A stretch of 64,000 nt of DNA, from NCBI GenBank assembly GCA_012295275.1, contig CM022677.1:8494001-8558000 (forward strand), in the 5' to 3' direction. Every line of letters begins with the position of its first letter. The first letter of the stretch is position 1. The translations under genes and the position numbers were made by a program. This document shows, piece after piece, positions 42,060-64,000 of this stretch. The notes below the pieces were generated by a model that searched no databases, had not been told where the DNA came from, and saw only the letters and a program-made list of their open reading frames with translations. Source of the DNA: Chrysomallon squamiferum. Lineage: Eukaryota; Animalia; Mollusca.

Positions 42060-42759
42060 TATATTCTTGTTTCTTCTTTTGTCTCCTTATTCTTCTGTCG
42101 TCTTCTTTCTTTTGCTTTTTATTATAAATTTTTCAACAAACATAAACAAAGGCACACACACGTACACTATTTCTTGTTTCTTATTTATTTTAATGAATCT
42201 TTCAGTCTTTATCTTTCTTGTTATTCTTCATTCTTCACTTTTCTTTTTTTATTCATATTCTTTTTTCTTTATTCAAATTTTAAATGCATGTGTATATATA
42301 TGTATATATATATGTGTATGTATGTATGTGTGTATATATATATATATATATGTTACTGTAAGGACTATGTGTCTGATATGTCACTGTAAGGGTAAGTGAC
42401 TGATGTATATAATTATGAAAACGCACACCTGCAAAACTTCTTCTTATTCTCCGTTCGTCTTGTTTCTTTAAGTTTACACACATACATAGTCACATTCCCA
42501 AACCCACACCAACCAGTTTCTTGTTCCTCAGTATTCTTGTTTCTTCTTAAATTTTTCTTTAATTTTTCTTAACGTTTTATGCAACTCTCACAAACATACA
42601 CCTGTTTCTCATTCTTCATTCCTTCTGGTTTTTTTTTTATGATTATAATTATTATCTCTTATAAACACATATATAATTGTTATTTATTCTTGTTTCTTCT
42701 TATTCTTCAGTCTTATAGTTTTTTTCTTATTATATTTATACATAAAATATGAATACAAT

Positions 42760-45000
42760 CGATCTTCTTCTTTACACTTGTTATAAAGAAAGTATTACTG
42801 GATATTGCATCTTGGGTAATTCGATGCGAAACAGACGGTAAGTTTTAAGACAATCATTTTCAAATAAACCTAATTTTATTTCAACGTGAAGAAGTAAATC
42901 TAAAATTAAAGGTTTTTCATATTTGAAATTATTGATAGCTGTGAAATGTTAACACAGAACTTATAGTGTTATGCATTTGAGAATGAGGCCCTGGCGTCAG
43001 GCTGCGTTCGTCTGGAAAACACGCTGCCATTTTACTAGCTAGTGCGTCAGTGAAGTTTTTGAGATAAATTAGAAACGGATAAAGCAAACATTTTCGCAAG
43101 TAGTTAACTTATTTCCGAAAATACTACCTCTTCACTGGATTTTTATTTTATTCTACCAAAGTAATTTAATTGTTTAGGCTGTATCATACAATGCATGTCA
43201 TCGCGCGCTTTCCCATTTGTTTATACATATCCACCATGTATGTATGTATGTATATATATATGTATATATAGATATAAAATGTAAAAAAAAAGAAAAAAGA
43301 AATATGAATAAAAATTAAATTTAAAATGAAAATTTAAAAAAAAAAAAAAGAAAAAAAAAAAGCAACTTAAGGACTGTTTTCATTTTGTTTGTTGCAGACA
43401 CGCTGGCTGATAGTGAGACCATAACGCTATAGAAGAGACAATCTCGTCTTATTAGGTCTTCGAGCGGAGGTAGGACGTATCAGAAAATTTCACTTTGACT
43501 TATGCAAGTGAGCACTCTTTGTGACTTTGCAGTTACATTTTGAAAATGACAATACTACAGCAAATACTATAAAGAACGTTTGTTCAGGTCTACAGAAAAT
43601 CAGTTCAGCACATTAGTTGAACAGAACTAAGAAATTAATTAATTAGTGAAGTCCACTGTGGTTTGATTTCAAACTTCTTACAGAGTACAGTCATTATAGT
43701 GTAACATATCTTAATTTTATTTATTTATTACTACTACTGCTACTAATATTATTATTTTTATTAATATTATTATTTATTGTTGTTTGATGATTATTATTCA
43801 TTGATTTTTAGTCTTTCTTTATTTTATTTTTTATATACTCAAAACGAATATATACATAACTGATGTAAGACCTCAGCATTCAGTGACTACTATCTCTTAC
43901 TAATAAATAGTCTTATATTAGTGGCAACATTCAGTAAGTTAAATATAACTGAAAGTACTTTTAAAAATAGATATATATGGAATATTAATTATTTCTTATA
44001 AAATAATATCTAAAACTAATTTTTAGAATAGCTATAATAGAGAATATTATTTAATTTATTTTATAAAAAAATAATGACTAAAAGTAATTTTAATAAAAGG
44101 TATACATTGATATTATTTTATTTTATAACAAAATATCATTTATATTTCATTTTTTTTTTTTTTTTTTTTTTAAATAGAGTATAAAATGAAGGTAATGGGT
44201 ATACTGGTTTCAGATATGGAAAGGTAAAGTATGTTTGTTCGTTTATAATTACATTTGATTAAACTAATAAAATAAATCTAAGTAAATCTAAACAACATAT
44301 ATCTGTCATATTATTATTTTGTTTTATTCAGCTACCAAAGCTTCTAAACAGTTAACTTTATTTTCCAAAAATTGTCTTTACCAAGAAAATAATATAATGT
44401 TTATTGTTAAATATGAACAATGAAAGTGAAATAAATTAAATAACAAAGAAATAAAAAAAAAAAAAAATAAAAATCTTTTATTTTTTTTTTATTCTTTCTT
44501 TCTTTCTTCCATATTTATTTATTTATTTACAGGTGGTCACCAACTTGGAATGCTATAGAGATTTTTTGAAAAAAACTTCAGTATTATTTATTGTTATTTA
44601 AATTTGCTGGTTGTGAAACAACTACATTTTACTGTAAATAATTTATTATTATTATTTTATAAAATAACTAATTGATTAAATGAAAATCAAAAATAAATAA
44701 ATTAATGATGAGTATTTTGCTTCTTATTATGTCACAGTATATAATTGTCATTTAGGTAAAAATATTTAAATAAAACAAGTTACATATAACTACCACAAAT
44801 AAAACTAAAAAGAACAACTAAAAATAAATATTTTAATAAACTAAAATTAATCACATATACACAATGCAGATTGTTCAAAATATGTGTTATATACAAGGTT
44901 AAATTGTTATTTCAGAAATATTTGCAGACATCTTGAAAAAGGAACCAACAGCTTCATATCACTGGCAAATGGGAAAATAAATTGATTTTTGTCTAGCCTG
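42760..45000 (+). ncRNA. Putative spliced lncRNA
   Basis: Donor ACG|GTAAGT at 42837/42838; CpG-rich patch 42985-43055 with GCCATTTT; exon-like segments 43399-43507, 44178-44223, 44533-44580, 44916 onward, each after a polypyrimidine tract and AG. No ORF longer than about 30 codons. Confidence 0.35.
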
Positions 45001-45099
45001 TAGTCTCTTTTATTAATATATATTTGGTAGAAAGCATTTATGTCAACATTCTTGAGATTCTTATTACCTGTTTTAAGAGATATTCATATACATGTCATT

Positions 45100-48000
45100 T
45101 TTGTAGAAAAAGTGTATTGAACATAATTAAAGATGAAATCTGAAGATTTAGTTCATCAAAAGAAGTAATTGTAAAAAAAAAGATTTAATATTCTCAGAAG
45201 TAGTAAGTTATTTATAACCAAATTATGAGTTTCTTTTTTGTTTGTTTTTATTGTATATTTTTACATTGAATTTTTCACAACATGTGTTTTTTAAGTTTCT
45301 TTTTTAAATTTTCTTAAATAAAATCAAGACAAATTAAATATTATACGTAACTTCTTGATGTACTTGACACGGAGAAGATTGTGATGATGATGATATCACA
45401 GTGAGAGGCATGTCTCTGATGTTTGAGTTTGTGATGATGTTTTGGAATTTTTCAGAATCTTTCTTGGATGATTCTTCTCTGTTTTTTTTTTTAATCCATT
45501 TACTGATTATGACAGAAATGAAGTAATATTGTATTAAAGAATCTTCCTGTATATATTTAATTTATAAGTGTAAATTACAAATAATTTATGAATTTATATA
45601 GGTTTTAGACATATCTCATAACAACTCTATAATCTTTTTATATATATTTTTTTAAAATAAAACTGGACACATTCAGTATATTCAGTGGTTGCCATTATTT
45701 GTTTACATCATTTTCACATTCGAAAAAATATATATATTTTTGTAGTCTATATTCTTGCTGTTTTATTACAGTTTAGTCTAGGCTGGTTTTGTTATGTGAA
45801 AATAAACTGTTGCTCGGTGAATGATATTTATGGAAATTAGTTATAATTCTCCTATATTTTTATTTTATTTTTTATTCTCCCTCCCCATTAATGTGAAAAT
45901 CTGTAAAGTTGTCAATTACGTCTTTAGTGAAACAGACATAGTGGTCTTCTTTTTATCTGTAATAAGAATCGTTCATATTTTTCTGCATGTATTAGTCCTT
46001 CTGAGTTTTCACTCAGGAAAAACCTTGTAGTTGATGTATGATGTTATATTCTGAACATTTCTATTTTAGTAGGTTTATTAAGGTGGTCTGTTGTTGAGTA
46101 GCAGCTGATGAAGATATTCTTTAGAGTATTATATATTTGGTTCTGAATATACTTGTCAGTAGTTCTTGAAGACTATCATGATCTTTGTTATTTTTTCCAT
46201 CCTTTGGGAATTCAACTGTGTAATAAGCATGGAGATGCAACTTAGCTACCATCTTCAAGATTGCATCTTCTTGTGTTTTTAACGTTCCATTTTTTCATGT
46301 CTTTAAAATCTTATATTCAGGGAATGAGACCGATAAAACTAGAATTACCAGATATGTAAGATTGGGTATAAGCTTAAGTTCATCATCTGAGGAAGAAACT
46401 GTAAAAACGTTTTTTCCTTTTAAGAAGACATTGTCAGTTCATATTTTAAAAGTGTTTAATTTTCAGAGGTCATCTGTATGATAAGCACATTAGATATTCG
46501 AAAAAACTTTATTATTACACCACTGTAAAATATGTTTAAAACAGAAAGTGTGTTATTACATCAGTGAACAAGAACTGTAATATAAAAATAGGTTTTGAAT
46601 GTGGATTTTCTTTAATGAAATGTAACAGTTTTCTCATGTTGATATCTCTCATGATGATGTGACAGTAAGGATTTATGATATCTGTTATTATGAATCATTT
46701 GGTTTATTGTTTTACCTCGTATCTTTTGATCTTACAGAGTGTTCAAAGAGTGAAAAGCTTTCTCATACTTAATGAAAGATGTGCATGTATGATATCTTAT
46801 TCTGAGCATTTCTACTTTAACTGATGTATGACATGCAGGTGGTCTGTTGTTTAATACAGCTTGCTCTGCAGGCTGGATTTTATAAAATATTTTAAGATTA
46901 TTTTTACTAGTAGTTATGTATTAAAAATAAAAATTAGCATTCTGTTAAAAAATTCATCATGAGAAGAGATTGTAAAAATAGGTTAACATCAGCAACAGTA
47001 ACTGTCTCACTTATTCTGAAGTGCAGTCAACATTTTCTTTTCCTTTTTTCTTGTTTTATGTTTGCATCAGTGCACTTAAGTTGTCTATATGTAGATGGCA
47101 TTCTTATTTGGTTGTTGATTATTTTTAAAACAAAAAGTGTAAACATCTGTTTCTGTCAGTTGTAAGAAAAATTTATAAAGTTACTATAATAGTAAAAAGT
47201 TAGTCATCCTAAAAAGAAATTGTAAAATATAAATAAATAAAACATTTAATTTTATCAGAAGCAGTAAAGAATTGTCTGTCATACAATTGTTTTCCTAGTC
47301 TCAGTACTGTTTCTATAACCAAATTATAAGTTTCATCTTTTTTCTTGTTTCATGTAGTGCATCAGTGCACTGAAAATGTATCTCTGAGAAGACGTTTCAC
47401 CATTCTTTGTTGATCATTGTAAAAGATATTTAGAACAAAAACTAAAATCATTGGATTTTTTCCTTATTCTGAAGACCAAAAGCATTTTTGGAAGTGGTTC
47501 TGTAATGAAATTTCTTTTTTGAAGACATAGTGATCTGTTGTTGATATATATAATAATTAGGAGTGGGTTTGAAGAGGTGATGATGATGTCTCTGATATTT
47601 TGGTTATTTCAGAATTTTTTTTATTTCAGATGATTCTTCTCTGTTTTTGTTTCCTTTTGGTTTGTTTTGAGTTCCCCCCATTACTTAATGATAACTGCAT
47701 TAAACTTTTTTTTATTTAAGATCTTCCTGTATGTTTTTAGAATAATTCAGGGATTGTTATGTTTTTACTAAACAAACACAGTAATTATTTTTAATTATTA
47801 TTTTAATTTTAATTTAATTTTATCCCATCAGGGATTGTTTTGACTAATATCTATTAGTACTAAATTTCCACCGAGTCAAAAGTGTTCTTGTCATTGATGT
47901 ATGATGTTGTATTCTGAGCATGTATCCTTTAATGTGGAAGTGGTCTGTTTTTGAGAATAACTTCCAAAACTGAGCCTGTTTTTTTATCAAATGTGATCTG

Positions 48001-50682
48001 AAGTTTATATTTTAGATTGATATATATTTTGAGGAGTAATAAGTTAAAGAATTGTTTATCTTATTCTGAAGTGCCACAAATTAGTGTACTCTGCCTGATG
48101 AAACTGCTTGTTGTTTTTTTGTAGCCAAATTATCAGTTTCTTTACATTTGTGTATTATTTAATTTTTGTGTGTGTGTGTGATTTTCTTTCTTTTTTTTCC
48201 TTTTTCTGTTTGTGTGTGGGTTTTTTTTTTTAAATTTATTTATTTTGTTATAATGTGCAAAACACCTTGTCCTGAACCACTGAAAAGATATTTAAAACAA
48301 AAATTGCTTCAGAAGAAAGTTTTTTTTTTTTTAATAAGGGGAGTATTGTGAAATTCTGTAGAAAAAAGTAATGGTAGATATATTTGAAAAATTAAAATAT
48401 GCATAATAATTTGATGATACAAAGAGGATTCTGATCTGTATAATCAAAAATAATTAGGATAAAAATTGAAAATTAACATTATCTTAAAAAGTTATCATTT
48501 CAACAAAAGACTGTCAAAAAAAAAAGAAAAGAAGAAATTTGAAAACTTAAATTAAGCCTAAGTTTCATTATAATGAAAAACTATTAACATTCCCAGAAAT
48601 AGTAAGTTAAAGAGTTGTCCATCTTATACTGAACTTCAGTCAAACATCTTTTCTTAGTAACTGATGATGTGAGATCAACGTTATGTAGAAAAACAGAATT
48701 TCTCAATGATAACTTAAGATAAAAACATAAAATTAACACTGCCTTAAAAATTTCATCATTCCTTTTTTTCCTTGAAATGGTACTTAAAAAAATAATAAAA
48801 ATAAAATAATTTTTTTATTATCACAGATTTTTATCTATCTTACGCTGAAGTGCAGTCAAATCGGCTTCTTTTTGTACTTTTTGTTTTTTCTTATTTTATA
48901 ATGTATATTATTGCAGAGAATTTTTCTCTACGTACCTCGCTTTCTCTACTGTTTTTTTGATCATTGTAAAAGATACTTAAAACAAAAAGTATGATCACCT
49001 GTTTCTGCTTGTGATTTGTCTGTTAAAAAAAAGAATTATAATATTATTATAATCTTAAAATGTGGGAATTCATAAAATGAGATTATTTATTTATTTATTT
49101 AATAATTTTTATTTTTATTCTTATTATTTGAATCTATTAATTGAATGACCCAGGGGTTGTTTTAACTCGTATCTATTAAAACTACTGGGTTTTTCTGAGT
49201 GAAAAGCTTATAGTTAATGAAAGGCATGCACGTATGATGTTGAATTCTGAGTAATTCTACTTTAGTTTCATGATGTGGAAGTGATCTGTTGTTGAATACA
49301 AATCATAAATCCAGCTTGCGCTGAATTCTGTTTTTTCATAAAATATTATCAGAGGTTAGCTAACAATTTTGTATAATATATAAAATTAGGAATTTAAGAA
49401 TTTATCTTCTTCTGGAGTGCCATTAATCCAATGTTCTGTTCCTTATGAGACTGCATGTTACTTTTCTATAGCCAAATTATCAGTTTATTTATATATTTTA
49501 TTCATGCTTTATGTTGTGTACTAATGTACTTAATTATTTATTTTATATATTGTATATAATTTTTTACCCTGACAAGACATTTGAAACAGTGTATCATCAC
49601 AACTGAATTAAAAGATATTTAAAACCAAAACTGTAGATCACATATTTCTGGTTGTGATTTTTTTTTAATGTTGATATACCCAGTTATGATGACTGGCATT
49701 TCATCTTTTTTTCTTTTATGATCATTAGAAGAGGATTATTCTGATCTGCATAAAAATAGTTTTAATCAAAAATAATTAGGATAAAATTAGAAAATTAGCA
49801 TTATATTAAAAATTTATTATTACAAGATGAGATTTTAATAAAAAAGAAAAGAAAAGAAAGAAAACATTTAATGTATTCAAAAGTAATAAGAGTTGTCTGT
49901 GTTATTCTGAAGTGCAAACTAGCTTCATGTTCCTAGTCTAACATCAAATTATAACATTCTTCTTTGTTCTTGTTTTATTTAGTGCGTCAGTGCATTGAAT
50001 TTTTCTCTACATTTTTGTCATTTCTGTTCCATTTTGTTTCTGTAAAAGATAAGTAACTGTCTGCAATAAAAATTTATAAAAGTATTAGTCTCATCATCAC
50101 AAGAAAAGGTTATTTAAAAAAAAAAAAAAAAAAATATCTTCCTAGACTAACATGATGTAATGTTTCTATAACCAAAGTTTATTTTTAGTTTTTTTTTGTT
50201 TTGTTTTTAATTTATTTTTTAACTGAATTTTTCATTACACACTTTCTATCTGTTCTGAATTACTGTAAAAGACATTTTTTTTTTCTTACTCTTTTTGTTT
50301 CCTTTTTTTTTTTTTTAAATCATTATTAGATCATTTCTGCAGTTAAATTAAATTGTATAGTTTTATAATAATAATTTTATAATAGTATTTTTAAATATTA
50401 TGTATATAGGTCTGCTTCTCCACAAGTCTATTATTGTTTTACATGTATTATTTTTATCATCTTTTTGAAATAGAGCTACTCTTTTCCACATATGCATATC
50501 ACATGATACAGTTGTAGTTCTTTACAAATAAATTTATGGGGTTTTTTTTGTGTTTTTTTTTACTCTTACTTCGACAGTGATGTTCTGTAGAAAATAGTTT
50601 TTCAACAAAGATAAAATTTGAAAATTAGCATTCTTTCAAAAACTTCATTATTTATATAAGGAGATAATGTTTTCTTTTTAGA

Positions 50683-50715
<33 letters not shown>

Positions 50716-51200
50716 CTAAATAAATCTTACCATTATTAGTAGTAAGTAAAAAGAATATTTCTATAACAAAATTATAGTTTTTTTCCTTGTTTTTCTGTCA
50801 AAGACATTTAAAACAAAGTGTATTATGAAAGATAATACTAGGTGTCATCACATATTTCTGGTTGTTGATTTTCTTTAAATAAACAGAAGAATGTTCTCTT
50901 CTCAATGCCAGACAAAAATGTTTGTTCTTTAAGTAACTGTCTGAAAACGTGAGATCGGGGTTCTGTAGAAAAAAAGTATTTATAACATCATAAAAATGCA
51001 AAATTAACACTATCTTAAAAATTTCATCATTACAGATGGTACTTAAAAAAAAGAAAATAATAATAAAATAAAATTCTTATCATTATCACACAAATTTGAC
51101 GACCGTATTCTGAAGTGCAGTCAAATCTGCTTCCCAGTCTAACATGTAATTGGGTTTTTTTTGTTGTATATTATTACAGTGTATAGTAATATCATATTTT
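45100..51200. repeat. Degenerate higher-order direct repeat array
   Basis: Recurrent same-strand blocks: GTATGAT..TATTCTGAGCATTTCTA..GTGGTCTGTTGTT (46036, 46787, 47899, 49232); TTATTCTGAAGTGC (47011, 48061, about 48840, 49902, about 51106); TTTCTATAACCAAATTAT (about 45211, 47310, 48118, 49462, 50162, 50759). Confidence 0.8.
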
Positions 51201-51949
51201 ATTTTTAATAGGTTTTTGGTAACTAAATTATTAGTTTCTTTTCTTTTTTCTGGTTTATTCTTTGACAGCCATTATCATTTCTTGCCTATTTGGGCTATTT
51301 TATTGCATTTTAGTCTTAAGTTTATATGAAGTAATTACTGTGAATGATACACTATAATAAAAAATTATCTATTATTTTCTATTAAAATGAAACAGTTTCA
51401 AAGTTGTCAGGTATTTACTAAATTATAGCAATCTTTTTGTCTTGTGATCTGGATTCATCTTTCAAGTACTTATTAATCAAACCATGAATATTATTAATAT
51501 TACTGGGTTTAGTTATCATTTGAATGTAATCAAACTCTATTTAAAACTAATAAAAAGTATTAGTAAATTTAAAACATCTTTATTTGCCTCAAACATACAT
51601 GGCACACACACATAATAACTGGTTACTCTTTAAGATTTCAGCTTTACCCTGTGTTGGTAAGATTGTAGATTGTTTCAGTGTGCCTAACCTGAGTTGTATT
51701 GAGATATTTGAACGGAGCAGGAAATTACTTTTCTCAGTACTAGACATTACAAAAACTAAATGAAAACTCATCATTCACAATTATTTCATTGTTGCTATAT
51801 ATATATATATATATATATCATAATAATAATAATTTGTTATACGTTTCTTTTAAACCAAAACTAATTTCAAATCGATAATTTGGATCTTGATCAGCATTTA
51901 AACACCAAAGAAAAAACTTTAAATGCTCCTTTTTATACACTCTCCCTCT

Positions 51950-51986
<37 letters not shown>

Positions 51987-53326
51987 AAAAGAAAAATATC
52001 CATAAACTACTCAACAACCCCCATTCCCCCAAAAATGAAAACCTTAAAGCAAATTCATCAAAATCTTCTTTTAAGACCTAAACTAGGAATTGAACGCCAA
52101 AGACATAAGTGAACAAATATACCTATATGCAGAAATGTTTGTTAGAAATTGTTATTTATGTTCATTTAGCATCTGTTCTTCATGTTCAGTGTGTGGTGTG
52201 CATATTTGTTAACTACAATAAACTGGAAGCATAATTCTGAACTAAGAAAATCTTCAGATATAGTTATTTATTTATAGTAACATCTTTCTTAGTAAAATAA
52301 TTTAAATAAAATCTTTCTATTATGAACTCTGTACAAATGTTTTAAAATAGAAAAAAAGTTTTTTTTAACTTCCAGTATCAATATAATTATACATTAAAGT
52401 TGGGTATTCACTGGATTCTAAACACATCACAGATATCCTTACATCATTTTCTTTTCTTCTTTTTTTGTGAACTCACCATTATTAATGAACATTCTTCAAA
52501 AGAAATGAACACTTCTCTATTTTCTGGCAGTGTCATGAATTAACACACTGATTATATCTGTCTTATTCTGAAAACTTTATCTTAAAACAATAACCAGATA
52601 CTTCTGTTCTCAAACCTTGACAAAGCAAAAACTAAACATCAAGCCACCACTCAAACATTTATTTCACTGATACTAAACACTGTAACAAAATAATGATGTT
52701 ATTTTTTTTTAAGCAAAACCTTTTATTTTATCTTAATAACATTTTTCATTTCATTTTTTATTTGATAAAAATTCTCTGAAAATGTATACATTTTGTTACT
52801 CTTTTTCTTTGCAAAACCTCATTAACCGCTAAATCAGTTTACTCTTTTTTTAATGACAAAAGACTTGCTTAGAAATATCTTTACCTTCATTTCATTTTTA
52901 ATTTGTTGTATTTGACAGAACTTTATCAACTTCTAAGTCAATCTAAATCTAGGGATTTTTATTTGTCAGAATATTGTTCTTATCTTTTTGTTTCATATTT
53001 CTTTCTTTCTTACCTTTCATTTCATTTTTTTAATTTGTTAAAACGTTAATAACCTCTTAATCATTTTACCATTTTGTCCTTTTATCCAACCACACATCTT
53101 TCCTATTAAATGCTTCTGTTTTTCTCTCTTCTTTTTTTTCTTATAAAAGAATCTTTCCATCCTTTGCCTCAATTTTAATCCTGGACAAAACATCTTTCTT
53201 AACAATTGCAGTAACCATTATCACTGAGTTTTCCATCAGAAAATAACACACTGATAAAATCTTCTTCTCTTCCAGTGACAATTTTTAACACCAGCACAGT
53301 TCAGACAATGTATATCAAACAATCTA

Positions 53327-63362
<10,036 letters not shown>

Positions 63363-64000
63363 CTAGTGATATTAAAAAATGAAAATCAACAGCAATTACA
63401 TTTTATCAGAATTGTTTCTTTTTATTTTCATTTTCATCATGAATAACCGTAGATGCTATCTAGTGAAATGAATAAAAATCAAAACTAATTACATTTTATC
63501 AACACTTTTGCCAGTATAAAAAACACTGAAATTGTCAAATATTTACATATTTAAACTTTATTTAAATTTAAAATTGTACCATAAATGAAGTAATATGTAA
63601 TAACTGAACAATAATGAAAAAAAATGTATCTGGTGTTTATAAACTGAATAGACAGGATCATCATTGTTCCCAACTAAATGGGAAAATTTTTACTCTCTCT
63701 AGTACAACTTTCATTTGAAGACATACACTGAGGATTATATTCCATATATATATATATATATATAAAAATGGTTTAAAATGTTCTGCTTTTGACTTCTATC
63801 ATACCTTTACACTGAGATACAACAGAAGTGTATCATTTTTAACAAGAACACTATACTACCTGGCTTCATCTACTTTAACTATATCTCTGTCTACTGTTTG
63901 AGTATCAATACTCTGTAGAAAAAAACCTATTAGAATTGCTATATTTTTTTAATTGTTATTTCGGGGTGTATTTTTTTACAAATATAGACAGCTTTACAAT

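Noticed and set aside
45380-45420. C/D-box snoRNA (GTGATGA ... CTGA), also near 47577
   Set aside because: Boxes arise from (GAT)n runs within the degenerate repeat, spacing is too short and there is no terminal stem.

Overview
This is eukaryotic (animal, invertebrate-like), very AT-rich and microsatellite-rich genomic DNA. It is not prokaryotic, and I found no rRNA, tRNA or CRISPR. Most ORFs in the supplied track are translations of simple repeats. Two intron-rich protein-coding genes could be rebuilt exon by exon with consistent splice phases: HMG20A/B-like (+, 23857-29753, 10 coding exons, 355 aa, one GC-AG intron) and PRPF3 (-, 53327-63362, 15 exons, probably 5'-truncated by the window). 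Between them lies a nested transposon: a decayed 2.86-kb hAT/Buster element (8-bp TSD) inside a FLYWCH-bearing Mutator-like element (9-bp TSD). Also present are three Tc1/mariner-pogo-type MITEs, a decayed CR1/L2-like LINE remnant, a 6-kb degenerate higher-order repeat, templated local duplications and up to three weakly supported spliced non-coding transcripts. The most interesting leads are a candidate regulated (poison or cassette) exon and TGACA-rich island in a PRPF3 intron, and exon-spanning uORFs whose stop overlaps the HMG20A start. I saw no clear evidence of a wholly new multi-gene system.
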